Source of the DNA: Paraspadella gotoi
Lineage: Eukaryota; Animalia; Chaetognatha
NCBI GenBank assembly: GCA_051294375.1
Contig: CM119269.1
Coordinates: 21,313,665-21,377,664 of the forward strand
Direction of reading: 5' to 3'
Length of the DNA: 64,000 bases
The position numbers were made by a program, and so were the translations under genes. The first letter of the stretch is position 1; the number at the start of each line of letters is the position of its first letter. This document shows, one piece after another, positions 50,901 through 63,405 of the stretch. A model generated the notes under the pieces. It was given only the letters and a program-made list of their open reading frames with translations, did not search any database and had not been told where the DNA came from.

Positions 50901-52742
50901 GTTTAAGTAATAAGGATTTAGGTTAGGGAGTAAGAGCATTTTCCTGGTACAAATTTATTAGACATTAGGATTAGTATCTTTTTTCAATTCAAGAATCATA
51001 CGGATTTCAAATGGGAGTGAAATAACAAGAGTTTGTTATAATTCTTAACTGACTGAATGTGATTAAAATTTGTTTATTTCATTAGTTTGAAAAGTCCCTG
51101 ACGTTTATGTTCCTATAAAGCAAATTGATAATACATTATATCATAGCAAACTGTGCGCTTGCCTTCCAGCAACTTTTTTTTTCAATATTTTTTTCCCTTT
51201 TATTTAATAATTCAATTTTTATACTCATTGTGAACAAAATTGAGACAAATAATTTTAATTTCCGGCTCTTGGGAGCATGCAAACATTTATTATTAATCAA
51301 TTTCAAGGATTAAAAAAGCAACAGGCTTTTTCCATATCATTCTTTTGCAATTTTTTTAATGCTGACATTTTTATTTTCTATGTTTTAACAGAAAAATTAG
51401 AAAATTAAAATAGTGTCATTGTGGTTGTGAAAAAGTTTTTGACAATCAGATTGTTCAGACACATACTCCAATATTTATATTTTTAAGATGAACTATTGTT
51501 TCAAACATTTAATTTTTTTGTCGTGAAAATATATCTTATAACAGAAGGTCCTTTCAAATATATTTTTTTTTAAAATTTTGACGAAGCCATTGATGAGCAC
51601 TAAGGCGTAGTAAAATTTCTAAATTGAATATTTTTGGATTTTATAAGGATAGTATATATAAATAATATTATATTATATATATATTAATTAATATATATAT
51701 ATATATATAAAATATAGCCTACTGCAAAAAATTAAAAAACATAAAAATTATTTTTAAGCAATAATAAGCTAATCCGATAAAATCACAGTAATATTTTCTG
51801 ACTTTTAATTTGTGATCTTAACAGATCATAACAAAATCATAAAAAGACTTAATAAATCTATTAAAAATCTATAAATCAATTGATGTATCTAATTTAGTCA
51901 ACTTGCATAATGTATTATTTGGTCATTCTGGCATAATTTGGTCAACTGGCATAAATTGGTCAACTGATATAATTTGTGTCAACTGGCAAAATTTGTCAAC
52001 TTGCATAATTTAGTCAATAAATCAATCAATCGATCAGAGAGAGAAAGATAGAGGGAAACTTAAAAAAAAACTGTTATCCACTCCATCGAAACTTTTTATC
52101 CAGCTCAATCACACACTTTCCTACCTACACACAAAATTTTATTCCAATCTATCCACCCAATCACGAGTAATTGGAGTTAATGAAAAGGTTGGAACAAGAC
52201 GACGGACATAATTTATCATAATTCGATATTCTGATATGATAAAAATTATTTTACCGACAAGATTTGGGGGCTGTGATGATAGAGTCGGGAATCTGCAATA
52301 AGCAGATCCGACTAAAAAAGTGTCAGCGATTTTTTTACCTGGGTCCAAAATCTGAAGTTGCTATAACAAATAAGTTAGCCACAGTATTTGATCATTTCAT
52401 TTCCACCCATTTGAAATCCGTGTAGATATTACATGTGAGGCGTCAGCCCCGTCAGGATTATGGCTTTTTGTTTATATTTTAAATCTCACAGCCATTAGCG
52501 ACCAAGTTTGGATCGGCATTAATCGCACGATGCCTCACGATTCGGAAGTCTATCCCTGGAAATACGTCAACGGAGCTCAAGTCAACGAAACATGGGCCAA
52601 TTCAACTGGGCTCCCGGAGAACCAACAACGCCGACGGCCAACAGGAATGCATCCAGATGAACTATATGACTCGGGGTTGGGGATGACGCCAATTGTCAGA
52701 TAGAAAAGAAGTTCATTTGTCAAAAAAACAGGTGAGGAGTGA
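47930..52742 (+). pseudogene. Mirror copy of the C-type lectin gene in the right palindrome arm, with many 1-bp indels (probably a sequencing artefact rather than a real pseudogene)
   Basis: Reverse complement of the 41881-47819 exons, with frameshifting single-base losses (e.g. ~49261, ~52600, ~52680). Confidence 0.6.
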
Positions 52743-55700
52743 ATGAATGAATCATTAAATCAAAATCGAATCAAAATCAAATCAAAATCAAAACCAAACC
52801 AAAATCAAAATCAAAAAAATCAAAATCAAATCAAAATCAAATCAAAATCAAATCAAAATCAAATCAAAATCAAAACCAAATCAAAATCAAATCAAAATCA
52901 AATCAAAATCAAATCAAAATCAAATCAAAATCAAATCAAAATCAAATCAAAATCAAATCAAAATTGATCAAAATCAAATCAAAATCAAATCAAAATCAAA
53001 TCAAAATCAAAATCAAATCAGGATGTATTAGTAAGGTGTAAAATTCTAAAAGTGAGAAACGAACAACATTATACTAATGAACATTTATGTAATAAAAAAA
53101 ATTTATAACAAATTTTACAATTTACGCAGTAGGCCATATTTATATTAGTACTATCCAATAAATGTTAAAATTTAAAAAACAGTTTTTCTAAGAATTTTTT
53201 TTTGCAGATTTGGATTCGTCATAAAAAGTTGATAGAAAGAAATATAACTCTTTTTGAAAACTTCCTTCATTAAGTGGGTCAAAAAATTAAAAAAAGCTAT
53301 ATTTAGGGCTGAAAATTAATTTTTAATATATTAAATATTAGTTTTTTGTAATTTTAACCCACTTAATGAAAGATTTTTAAAAATGATTTAATATTTACTT
53401 TTATCAACTTTGACGAGGAATTCAATCTGCAATCAAATAAAGAAAAGGCCCTATTTTGAATTTTCCATTTTATTTAAGGATAGTACTATATAAAATATAG
53501 CCATACTGCAAAAATTAAGAAAACATAAAAAAATTAATTTTTTTTTTACCAAATTAAAAAATTTTCATTTGATGGTAATGTTGTTCATAAAATGACCTTG
53601 CGTTTAGAATTTTGTATGTAACTCTTCACACGCCTAATGTATAGAAGTTTGGTTTGACTTGTGTTACCTTATCGAATCTCTGTGTCGTTTTTAAAAAAAG
53701 GTCCAATTACTAGAAATACCATTTTTTATCTCGCAAACTACCCGTCTTGGCTAGATTTTGGTTCGGTTCAGCTTCTTTTATGACGTCGTTGGCGTCGGCG
53801 TCGATCGATCATACTTGGCGTCACGCTTTTTTCTTAAATAAAAATAACTAAAAATTACAATGGATTTTTATAAAAGTTATGCTGTCTTAGTAAGTTTAAA
53901 ATTTAAAATATGGCTTCTTATCTTTAAAATCTTTATCTTTTATCTTTGCAATTATTCATATTTAATTTCTTTCTCATTATGATTTACTGCCTATATGCAA
54001 AATATGCAAATTAATATATATAATACTATATTCTAATTAACATTTGCAAATCAGTTGTATATTCAGTACATTGTCTAATGTATTTGATTTGTTTCTCTCT
54101 TTCTCTCCTTTCACCAATTTTTCAAAATTCACATTTACTACTCTCTTCTTTCCCTTGTCCTTACTTTCACCTTGTCCTCACATCCTGACCACTATCCTTT
54201 ACTCAAATTCTTTGATTAGATACTCTTTTCTTTTTCTCTTCTTTCTCTCTTTTCTCCTCCTCCTCTCTTCTCTTCTCTTCTCTCTCTCTTTCTCTCTCTC
54301 TCATCCCAAAGAACTGATTGTTTGAGAATATATTTTGACTTTGTTATTTTTCACTTGCTGAATGAAGACTGAAACATAAGAGTCCGAAATAAAACATAAT
54401 AAACAATTACGATAAAATGGTTGTTCAAGCGATCTTTTTGTTAACTTTCTAAAGATGAGAAAGCTATAGTCTAAATTTTAATAAAAATAAAAATATACAT
54501 ATTTTATTAACTTATATAGAAAAATTATAACAATTTCCAATTGTAAACATTGTTAACATTTTTTGTCTTTCTTTACAAAAAAAGTATTATGATTTTACTG
54601 CAATAATGCAAAAATTAGAATATTGTACTTGCTGAAATATGCCAAATTAAAGTTATATAACAATTGTTTGATAAATTATTACAATGATGAACTCATTGCG
54701 TCAATGAATACTATCATCGCATTAATGAAGTGACTTATTAAACAGATCAAGACATGATTATCATCGCATCAATCTTTGCGTTTATCATCGCATCAATTAT
54801 TTTGGTTATTCAATTGCAATCAACATAATTAATTTACTATAAATCAATCAATTAACTATTTACAATCAATCAATTAACTATTTCATCTTCAATTATTATG
54901 TTATTGCATCAATCATTTTTATTTTTCTGGATTTTTTAATTTCTTTTTGATAGTACTCACGTCTGGCGAAGATTCACTATACTTTTAAGATTTTTAATTA
55001 AATTTAGATTATATTTATAATATATATATATATACACATGTAATCTTGTTTCTTTGCAAGAAATCTACTTGATTGAAAAAGTGAACCTACCCAATGCGAA
55101 GGAAAAAAATTTTTTGTGCTCAAATAAAAAGGTTTAAGGATTAGGAATTGAAATGGGTTGCTTTATGAAAAAAATTCCCCATTTCTTTGTTAAAAAGTTA
55201 ACAGATTTTTCAAAATTGCTTTGTTTTTAAAAACTTAGAGCTTGGCAGAATCATACATTGCACTAACTCCTTATTAAAATTATTAAATTCAATATAATAT
55301 AAAACTGTTAAAATTATTGAAAGCCTGGTTTTTTTCTCGTTTTTTCTTTCTCTTTCTCGTCGGCCAAAGCAAAATTATGATTCGTTGTCACCTTTTAAAA
55401 AAAAAATACGGGAGGCAGAAGAAAAGATAGGGAGATGCTAGTTAAGGCGGGCCAAAATTGAGCACTTTTTATAACTTCTAGTTTCTCTATTAAAAAAATT
55501 TCAGTTTCCTAAGACTAGATTCAGCATAGCCATAAAAATATTTGTCTACACAAAGTATAATTCTTTTTTTAAATATTTTTATGATAAGTTGGTCAAATAG
55601 AAAATACCATAAAATTGTCATCATCATTTTTTTTTTGCGGATTTTTTTAAGTTTTTTTAAATTTACTAAGAAAACGTATAAGAATTTTAAATGCTGTAAT

Positions 55701-57624
55701 TAGAGGACAGTTTGAGTTTAGTTTTTTGCAACGATTTTATTTAATGAAAACAGTAACATGTTCGGCTTCAATTCTAAGCCTTCAATCTCTCTACTTTNNN
55801 NNNNNNNNNNNNNNNNNNNNNNCAAAAACACTTCTTCTTTTAAAGTTTAAATTATCGAAATAAGCATGCTTGGTAAATCAAAAAAGGCAAGCTAAATGTA
55901 GGAAGCCGCTATAGAAAAATAAGCCAGTGGCTTTTTTCTTATATTTTTATATCGATAGATGTGGAACGACGGGAATATTGTAAATCTCAAGTTTCGTTTT
56001 AATCGGACCTAACATTGTGGAGAAATCTTAGGAAACCCATCAAAATTCCACCCCTTTTTTCAACATTTTTGCCTTATAAGATTTTCGCCGATTCTGACTT
56101 CCTCTTACAAACTTATAATTACGCTAGTAAATTTTTTTTCCCTTTAACGAGCGAAAGGAATCCACAACTTTCTAATCTTTTATAATTTCTAGGTAAAAAA
56201 ATATAATACATTACATTAACATTGGGATATTGTCAAAGTTTAATGTCTTGTGAAGCCTGTGAAAGTTGAGTAATTAAAAAATTTGCCTATTTTATTATTA
56301 AAAACTGACATTAAAGTGAAGAAGTTGAACATCTTCTGGCTCCTTTCAGTAAACGTCCCTGTTCTCTAAAATAAGATAATGTTTATTTTTTGCTGGTGGA
56401 AAAGAAAGATAAATACTTAGACTGAGATGGGGTGAATAATATTTTGTAAAATTTTGTAAGCATGCTTGTAAAATCAGACAAGCAATTATTTAAGTGACAA
56501 AAAATTTACATTTTCTTTATTCAAAAAACTTTTAAGTTTTACTAGAGTAAAATTTAGCCTTTTTTCTTTCAGAATCATTAAAAAGAATTTAATTTTCTTT
56601 TATTCTTATGGGGTATCAATAGTTTTAAAATTCATTATAATTTTGACTTAGTTTGACACTCACTCTGTAAAGAGGTTTCAGCAAAAATAATTCTAAAATT
56701 GTATCTTGTATATGCCCTATGATTATGGCTTCATTTTGGTACATTTGCCATCCCTTTATCTTTGTTCCTTCAAAAGATATTAGGAAAAATCAGTTTTTTC
56801 TCTCAACCTTCCTTTTAATTTCTTTTTAAATAACAATTTCGCGATAAAAACTGGACCAATTCACTTTACAATGTTGGTTTAATATGAAAAAATTGTCAAT
56901 AATTAAAAAGAAAAATAGAACGAAGCTCTAGGACAACGCTTTGGAATCTCTTAATTTCAAGTGTCATTTAAATGCTAACATACCGTAATCCCGTTAATAA
57001 TTTAAAAAAGTGGAAATTTCCCTTTAATTTCTATAGTAAAAATGAGGTATAAAAATCCTCCAGAGACGAGTAGTCCATTTTCCCTGGCTTGTTTGATAGT
57101 AAAATCTTTATCAAAAGCCACAAGAAGAAAGGAACGAGCTCTTGAGATGCAAAGCTGTCGGAATCGTGTGTTTTTACAACTGTTTTCTACCGGAATTTCT
57201 TGCAGGCTCGTTTGTAAAGTTGGGCAGTCAGATTCGAACGGAAATCTCTATTAGAAAAATATTGAATTTTTTTTTAAGCAAGATTTTCGCCTAACTAGAT
57301 GAATCAAAATAGATACGCTAAGCGAATTAAAATAGTGTAGAAGACGAAAAATAGTAATAATAAAAGTAAGAAGAAGGTGGAGAATTGTGACGATGTAAGA
57401 GAAGTAGAAAAGAAGTGAGACGAGCTCTCTCCTGATCCACTTTTATCGTCGCTCGGACCAACTTGACCTTACGGTCGCCTCGGCCCTATTACTGTGTCCG
57501 GTCAATCTAAGGTCATTGCCAAAGCTAGGGCAAAGTGACCTTGTGGAATAGACCGGCTCGGAGGTAAGTGGTAAGTGGTAAGTGGTAAGTCGCCTCGATA
57601 GGCATGCTTGGTGAATCCAAAAAG

Positions 57625-60600
57625 TCATGCTTGGGGAAACAAATTATTCATGATTGGTGAAATGAAATCTACCAATTTATAAATAAATTTAAATTTAAAA
57701 TAAATTCTAATCTTCATAATAATATATATTCTGAGCTCACCTTCGTTTAGTGCGTCATGAAGTCCTGAATTAAAAAATAAAAACAAGTTTGTGCAAACAA
57801 TGTCGGATCTGCCACGATATTAAGCGGTAAATAGCTTAAATAAAAAATGAATTAAATAAAAAATAAAAAAAAAATAATAAGTACAAATAATTTTTTATCT
57901 ATTATTATTTTCCACTTGCATCATTTTTTAAACTTGCATAATTATTTCAACTCGCATGATTTTTTCAAATTGCATCATTTTTTCAACTTTCATATTTTTT
58001 TCAACTTGCATATTTTTTTAAACTTGCATACTTTTTTAAACTTGCATACTTTTTTAAACTTGCATAATTTTTTCAACTTACATACTTTTTTAACTTGCAT
58101 ACTTTTTTCAACTTGCATCATTTTGTAAAACTTCCATCTTTCTTTAACTTGCATCTTTTTTTTTATCTAGCTCCATTTTTACAACTTGCATAACTTTTCC
58201 AATTTGCATAATTTTTTTCAACTTGTGAAGAGACAGTAATTATTGTTATATGTTAATGATAGAACCGTTCAATATAAGCAGTCCCTGAGCTTCGGATCAG
58301 GCTGTAACACCGTGTTACAGGCGGGTTAAGCGCCCCGTCCCTCTTAACTGCTAGGCGGCCACCGGGTTAGAACCCCGGACCTTTGGGTTGGGAGGCGAAT
58401 GATTTGCCTTCGGCACCAATGGCCACTGATGAACGGTTGGTGGATTTTAGTCCACCATAAAATTAATATTGTTTTATACTATATAAGTTACAAAAATTTC
58501 ATACGGGTTCTTAAAAGAGTTGTAATATAATAATTGTTGTTTTAACGAATTCTCAAATACAATAGTTAACGTCTAATTCTAAAAAAAACCGTTTTAAACA
58601 GTTAGTCGGACGGGACGACCAAGAAAGATCCCAAGAAAGTCTTAACCTAGCCTTTTTTTTCAAGAGCGCCCCATTTTAATTAAATTAAATTAGTTTTTAG
58701 ATTAAAAACTTCATGGTAATTATCCTTTCTTGTTTCATTGTTTGAGAGATTAACAAAGTTTGATTTTATTTTTGCAACGAATTTTATTGTTACAAGAGCA
58801 GACATGTTTCGGCTCACAGTACGAGCCTTCATCAGCGCATATGAGTTGTCAAGTTGATACAAGTTTTTAGTTAAAGAAAGAGAGAGAGAGAGAGAGAGAG
58901 GTTAAAGGTTTCCAACAAAGAATTGAGTAAGGACAGTGATCAGTGGTGAGGACAGATATTTAGAAGTGGCTAGTATGAATAAGTTTTGGAAAGAAGTGAA
59001 AATTGGTGAGAGAGAGAGAGAGATTAAAAACTTAAGTTAAAGATTAAAATTTAAAAATTATGTTATAGAATAGGGTAAAGATTAGGGTTAGGGATTAGGC
59101 TTGTGATTAAGATTAAGGATAAGAGATTAGAATTTAGTTAGGAGTTAGGGTTAGATCTTAATGGTTAGGATTTAAGGTCAGGGATGGGAATTAGGTTAGA
59201 ATTAATTAAGGAATAAAGTTTAAGATCAGGTTCTGGGTTTAAAAATATATTACAGTTAAATATTAAAGTTTAAATTAAGTTTAGGTATAGAGGAACACAA
59301 ATTGGGCGCTTTCGAAAAAAAGAGCCTTTCACTCTCTTACTGTCATGTCTGCAGAGAATGCTCTTGCTGATTTCGCAATTAGCGTCGTCCCAAGTCCCTT
59401 CGTCGGTCTCCCCTTCAGTGAAGATCTGGACGCAATCCTGGACTTTGTCGTTGTTGGGTTCATTTGGACGCCACTGCGCCACTAGGGGTGACCAAACGGT
59501 TCCATCTGACCAGATCCATCGATCATCCTCGGTCATGTTTGCGTTTTCCGGATAGTCTGTAAATATAAATCCAAAAGAAAACAAAAAAGTTTGAGCAAAC
59601 AATGTCGGATCTGCCTATGATAATTAGGCGGTAATAAGCTAATCCGATGTCATTTGAAAGCCAGAAAAAATTACCGATGATAAATCACGATAATTTTTTC
59701 TGACTTTCAATTTAAGGTCATAACAAATGGTAAAATAACAAATCATAACAGACTCTTAATAAATATATAAAAATATCTATAATATCAATTAATTTATCAA
59801 TCATTACCAGTAGCTGCGCCAATACCAACTTGCATAATTTGGTCAACTGGCATAATTTGGTCAACTGGCATAATTTAGTCAACTTGTATAATTTGGTCAA
59901 CTTGATTAATTGGTCAACTGTCATACGTAATTTGGTCAACTGACATAATTTGGTCACCTGGTATAATTTGGTTCACTGGCATAATTTGGTCACGTCAAAA
60001 TTCCATCGAAACTTTATATCCAGCTTTATCACATACTTTCCTACCCACACACAAAATTTTATTCCAATCTATTCATCCAATCACGAGTACTTGGGGTTAA
60101 ATGCTAAAGGGGGATGGACGGATGGACGGACAGACGGACGGACATCGTTTTTTTGCTTAATTTATCATAATTCGATGTTCTGACATGATTTAAGAGAGTG
60201 CCCGACAACCTTTTGGGGTGGGACCGAGGGACCGACAAAGTGGATTATTATAAAGCAAACCCAATATNNNNNNNNNNTGGTCAACTGTCATACATAATTT
60301 GGTCAACTGACATAATTTAGTCACCTGGTATAATTTGGTTCACTGGCATAATTTGGTCACGTCAAGATTCCATCGAAACTTTATATCCAGCTTTATCACA
60401 TACTTTCCTACCCACACACAAAATTTTATTCCAATCTATTCTTCCAATCACGAGTACTTAAGAGAGTGCCCGACAACCTTTTGGGGTGGGACCGAGGNNN
60501 NNNNNNNNNNNNNNNNNNNNNNNNNNNNNNNNNNNNNNNNNNNNNNNNNNNNNNNNNNNNNNNNNNNNNNNNNNNNNNNNNNNNNNNNNNNNNNNNNNNN

Positions 60601-62703
60601 NNNNNNNNNNNNNNNNNNNNNNNNNNNNNNNNNNNNNNNNNNNNNNNNNNNNNNNNNNNNNNNNNNNNNNNNNNNNNNNNNNNNNNNNNNNNNNNNNNNN
60701 NNNNNNNNNNNNNNNNNNNNNNNNNNNNNNNNNNNNNNNNNNNNNNNNNNNNNNNNNNNNNNNNNNNNNNNNNNNNNNNNNCAATTAACTGTTTTACTAA
60801 ACAGTCTGATAATACTTAGATTGAACTGAGCTTCGGATCAGGCTGTAACACCGTGTTACAGGCGNNNNNNNNNNNNNNNNNNNNNNNNNTCTGGAATAAT
60901 AACTTACGATTGATACTAGCAGCTTCGCGATCAGGCGTGTAACACGTGCCTTACAGGCGGGTTAAGCGCGCCCCGTCCCTCTTAATCTGCTAGGCGACCA
61001 CCAGCGGCCTCAAAAACCTCGGGTACCTTTGGGTTGGGACGGCCGAATGACTTGCGCTCGCTGATGAGTATGCGTTGGCTGGATTTAGTGCGCACTCATA
61101 CTTGCTTTTTAAAATATTTTGACAATGATTTACTTGATTTTTAGCTTCATAGGTTTTTCCAGCGTTAACTTGTCCTTTTAATTTTATAGTTTGCGCCGCG
61201 TAGTTACTCGTCACGGAGCAACCTCTTATAAGTCACTTTTTGGTCAGTCGGTCTAGTCCATCCCACTTTACATATAACTCTGCCTATGAATTTGTTGTCA
61301 TTTGTTAAAAATCAGAATATAAGCATACCTACTAGTCGCGCGCCTTTTGCCTTTTTAAAAAAAAATCTTAGTAGAAAAAAAAGTATTTAGATGATTTTTT
61401 ACATAAAGGAAATTTGTTTTTTATTATTATTCGTTGATAACAATATAATTAAAACTACCTTTGTTTTTTTCTACTATCAAAACTAATCTAAAATAGAAAG
61501 GTTTAATACATCATGGGTCTACAAAAACAAATCTCATATAACTATAAAGAAATAAATGACATGATAAGAGCACAACAGCCTAGGAATAATCGTTCTGTTC
61601 CTTAAATTTTTAATCTTTTTTTTTTCTTTTTAGAACTTTTTGCAAATTTAAGCCCGATTGAAATTTCACTTAACCATATTGTTTACAAATTACCTGACAA
61701 ATTCCTCAGTTTTACTGGCGGTAAGTCCACATCAGGTTCCTATTAAAGAGAATTTTAACATAATCACTTTTTATGCTATTGTAGGGGTACATATTATATT
61801 ATATGCGATAAAATAAAATACAATGCTAGATAATTGAATATTGTGACTGAAATAAACCAAGAGAATGGGAAACCGGCCATAAAAAGGAGAGGGAGAGACG
61901 AAGAATCAGTACCCAGAGCCTTCCCTTGCGTACCATCCAAATTATAATGGGGGTCAACCTTTGTGGCGACAAAACACATTATTGCCACATCCCCACTCCT
62001 GCGAAAAGTACCAAAGGAGACTTTCTTCTTGTTTGTGGAAAGGGCGTGACTGTCTGGAGCTGGAGGCATGTGACATGGAGGCGCCTTCTGGCCCGAAGAA
62101 AAAAAGGCGGAGCCTGTCGCTGCGCAAACAGCGACATAATATCGTGGAGGCGGAGCTGACTTTGAAGACTCTGAAATGGAAGTCAGCTGGGCTGGCCGCG
62201 GAGGTGGGGGAACCCGCCAAGGAAGTCGTGGTGCCGGCCGCCTAGTTGCAGGGACTGGCCGGGATGGCGGAAACGGCCAAGATGGCGAGACCTGCCAAGA
62301 GGCTTTACTTAATGAGCCACCGGGTCACGACTGAAGGTGTCCTGTTTATAGGCGGGGTGAACTTATGCAATGCCCGACTACATGTATCCCATCGCTGATA
62401 AAACTAATGTATTTATTACTGGCAAAGCCTTTGACAATTCTTAGCAGACCAGTGAATAAGGCATTATCGTTTCCCACTTTGGTCATAAGAATGCCGTCGA
62501 CAAAGTGTACATTTGCCACAAAAAGTTCAGTCATTTTTTCCATTTTTGATTTGTTTCAGAAGGATTTCCACGTATTCTCGTCGGGCTCATCAGTTATGTA
62601 GGGGTACATAATTATATTTTATGGGCGATAAACAGATACAAGATGTGTACAAGTAGAAATCAAATATTGAGACTGAAACCAGAGAATGGGGCACCGGCTA
62701 ATA

Positions 62704-62746
<43 letters not shown>

Positions 62747-63405
62747 TCAGAAGCCTGTTTCCCTTGCGACCACCAAACATAGTGGCCACACCATTTATCA
62801 TAGGATAACATTTGATGATTTGTAAACTATTTAGCTATTTGTTTATAAACGTTATTTTCAATATACCATTTTCTTTCAAGAAACTCAACTAAAATCCGTT
62901 TGTAATTGTAATTGGCTTAAACTTTTAAAACTACGCACAAAATTTTTAATCGATCAATCGATAAATCAGATTCATAAATTTAAAAAAAGTTACTAGTGAA
63001 GAGACAGTAATTATTGTTATATGTTAGTGACAGAACCGTTCAATATAAGCAGTCCCTGAGCTTCGGATCAGGCGGTAATACCGTGTTACAGGCGGATTAA
63101 GCGCCCCGTCCCTCTTAACTGCTAGGCGGCCACCGGGCTAGAACCCCGGACATTTGGGTTAGGAGGCGAATGACTTGCTTCCAGCACCAATGGCCGCTAA
63201 TGAACGGTTGGTGGATTTTAGTCCACCATACTAGATATAAATCAATGAATCCTACAATCAATCAAATGTTGTTTTAGAAACAACATTATCGATATTAATT
63301 AGTTCATAGTTTAAATTTATAAATTACCAACAAAAGGCGGCACCTTTCCCTCTTCTAGAAATTGTTCATACTTTGACTTTTTGATCGCTCCAATCCATGT
63401 TCCAC
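57625..63405 (-). CDS. Second C-type lectin domain gene (partial; upstream exons lie beyond 63405)
   Basis: Exon 63405-63328 (GTWIGAIKK..PPFV) joins in phase 1 to exon 59556-59341 (DYPEN..WIWSDGT..WRPNEPNNDKVQDCVQI..WDDANCEISKSILC). A putative 24-nt micro-exon 57764-57741 and stop at 57627-57625 are less certain. Confidence 0.8.
57915..58225 (+). repeat. ~18-bp AACTTGCATACTTTTTT minisatellite
   Basis: Tandem copies seen directly. Confidence 0.85.
58226..58459 (-). mobile_element. Solo-LTR-like element, family A copy
   Basis: 234 bp with the same ends as the 62997 copy; A box TGGTGCCGAAGG, B box GGTTCTAACCC; flanking 4-mers do not match here. Confidence 0.75.
58278..58351 (-). ncRNA. Twister ribozyme, circularly permuted, family A
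   Basis: Sense GCAGT(P5)..GG-GA-CGG-GGCGCT(P1)-U^AA-CCC-GC-C-TGTAAC/GTTACA-G-CCTGA-U-CCG-AA-GC-TCAGG..ACTGC. Predicted cut 58328/58327. Confidence 0.8.
58801..58835 (-). ncRNA. Minimal type I hammerhead
   Basis: Sense CTGATGA-AGGCTC-GTACTGT-GAGCC-GAAAC-AT-GTC; in a lectin intron, same strand as the gene. Confidence 0.82.
59578..60250 (+). mobile_element. Helentron/DINE-1-like non-autonomous element (related pieces at 42310-42870, 57780-57840, 60278-60497)
   Basis: Subterminal GTCGGATCTGC repeat (hairpin form at ~42315), internal GCATAATTTGGTCAACT minisatellite and (GGAC)n tract. Confidence 0.55.
60800..61100 (-). mobile_element. Garbled or partial family A copies in low-quality sequence around N gaps
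   Basis: GAGCTTCGGATCAGGCTGTAACACCGTGTTACAGGCG at ~60829, and a noisy near-full copy at 60920-61100. Confidence 0.55.
61780..62793 (+). mobile_element. Degenerate small two-LTR (TRIM-like) element
   Basis: Diverged direct repeats starting TGTAGGGGTACATA at 61780 and 62597; PBS-like TGGCGAC at 61964; GC-rich internal remnant; no clear TSD or PPT. Confidence 0.45.
62997..63230 (-). mobile_element. Solo-LTR-like element, family A copy with perfect TSD (twister core 63049-63122)
   Basis: CTAG|TGAAGAGACAG...CCACCATA|CTAG; 234 bp; P3 has mismatches in this copy. Confidence 0.8.

Larger units (their letters stand above)
39325..55785. repeat. Giant inverted repeat (~8 kb arms, 110-bp spacer 47820-47929), probable assembly artefact
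   Basis: 47930 onward is the reverse complement of 47819 backward; indel noise increases outward in the right arm. Confidence 0.92.

Noticed and set aside
58226-63230. Family A copies as the two LTRs of one intact element
   Set aside because: The 62997 copy has its own TSD on both sides, and a host lectin exon lies between the copies.
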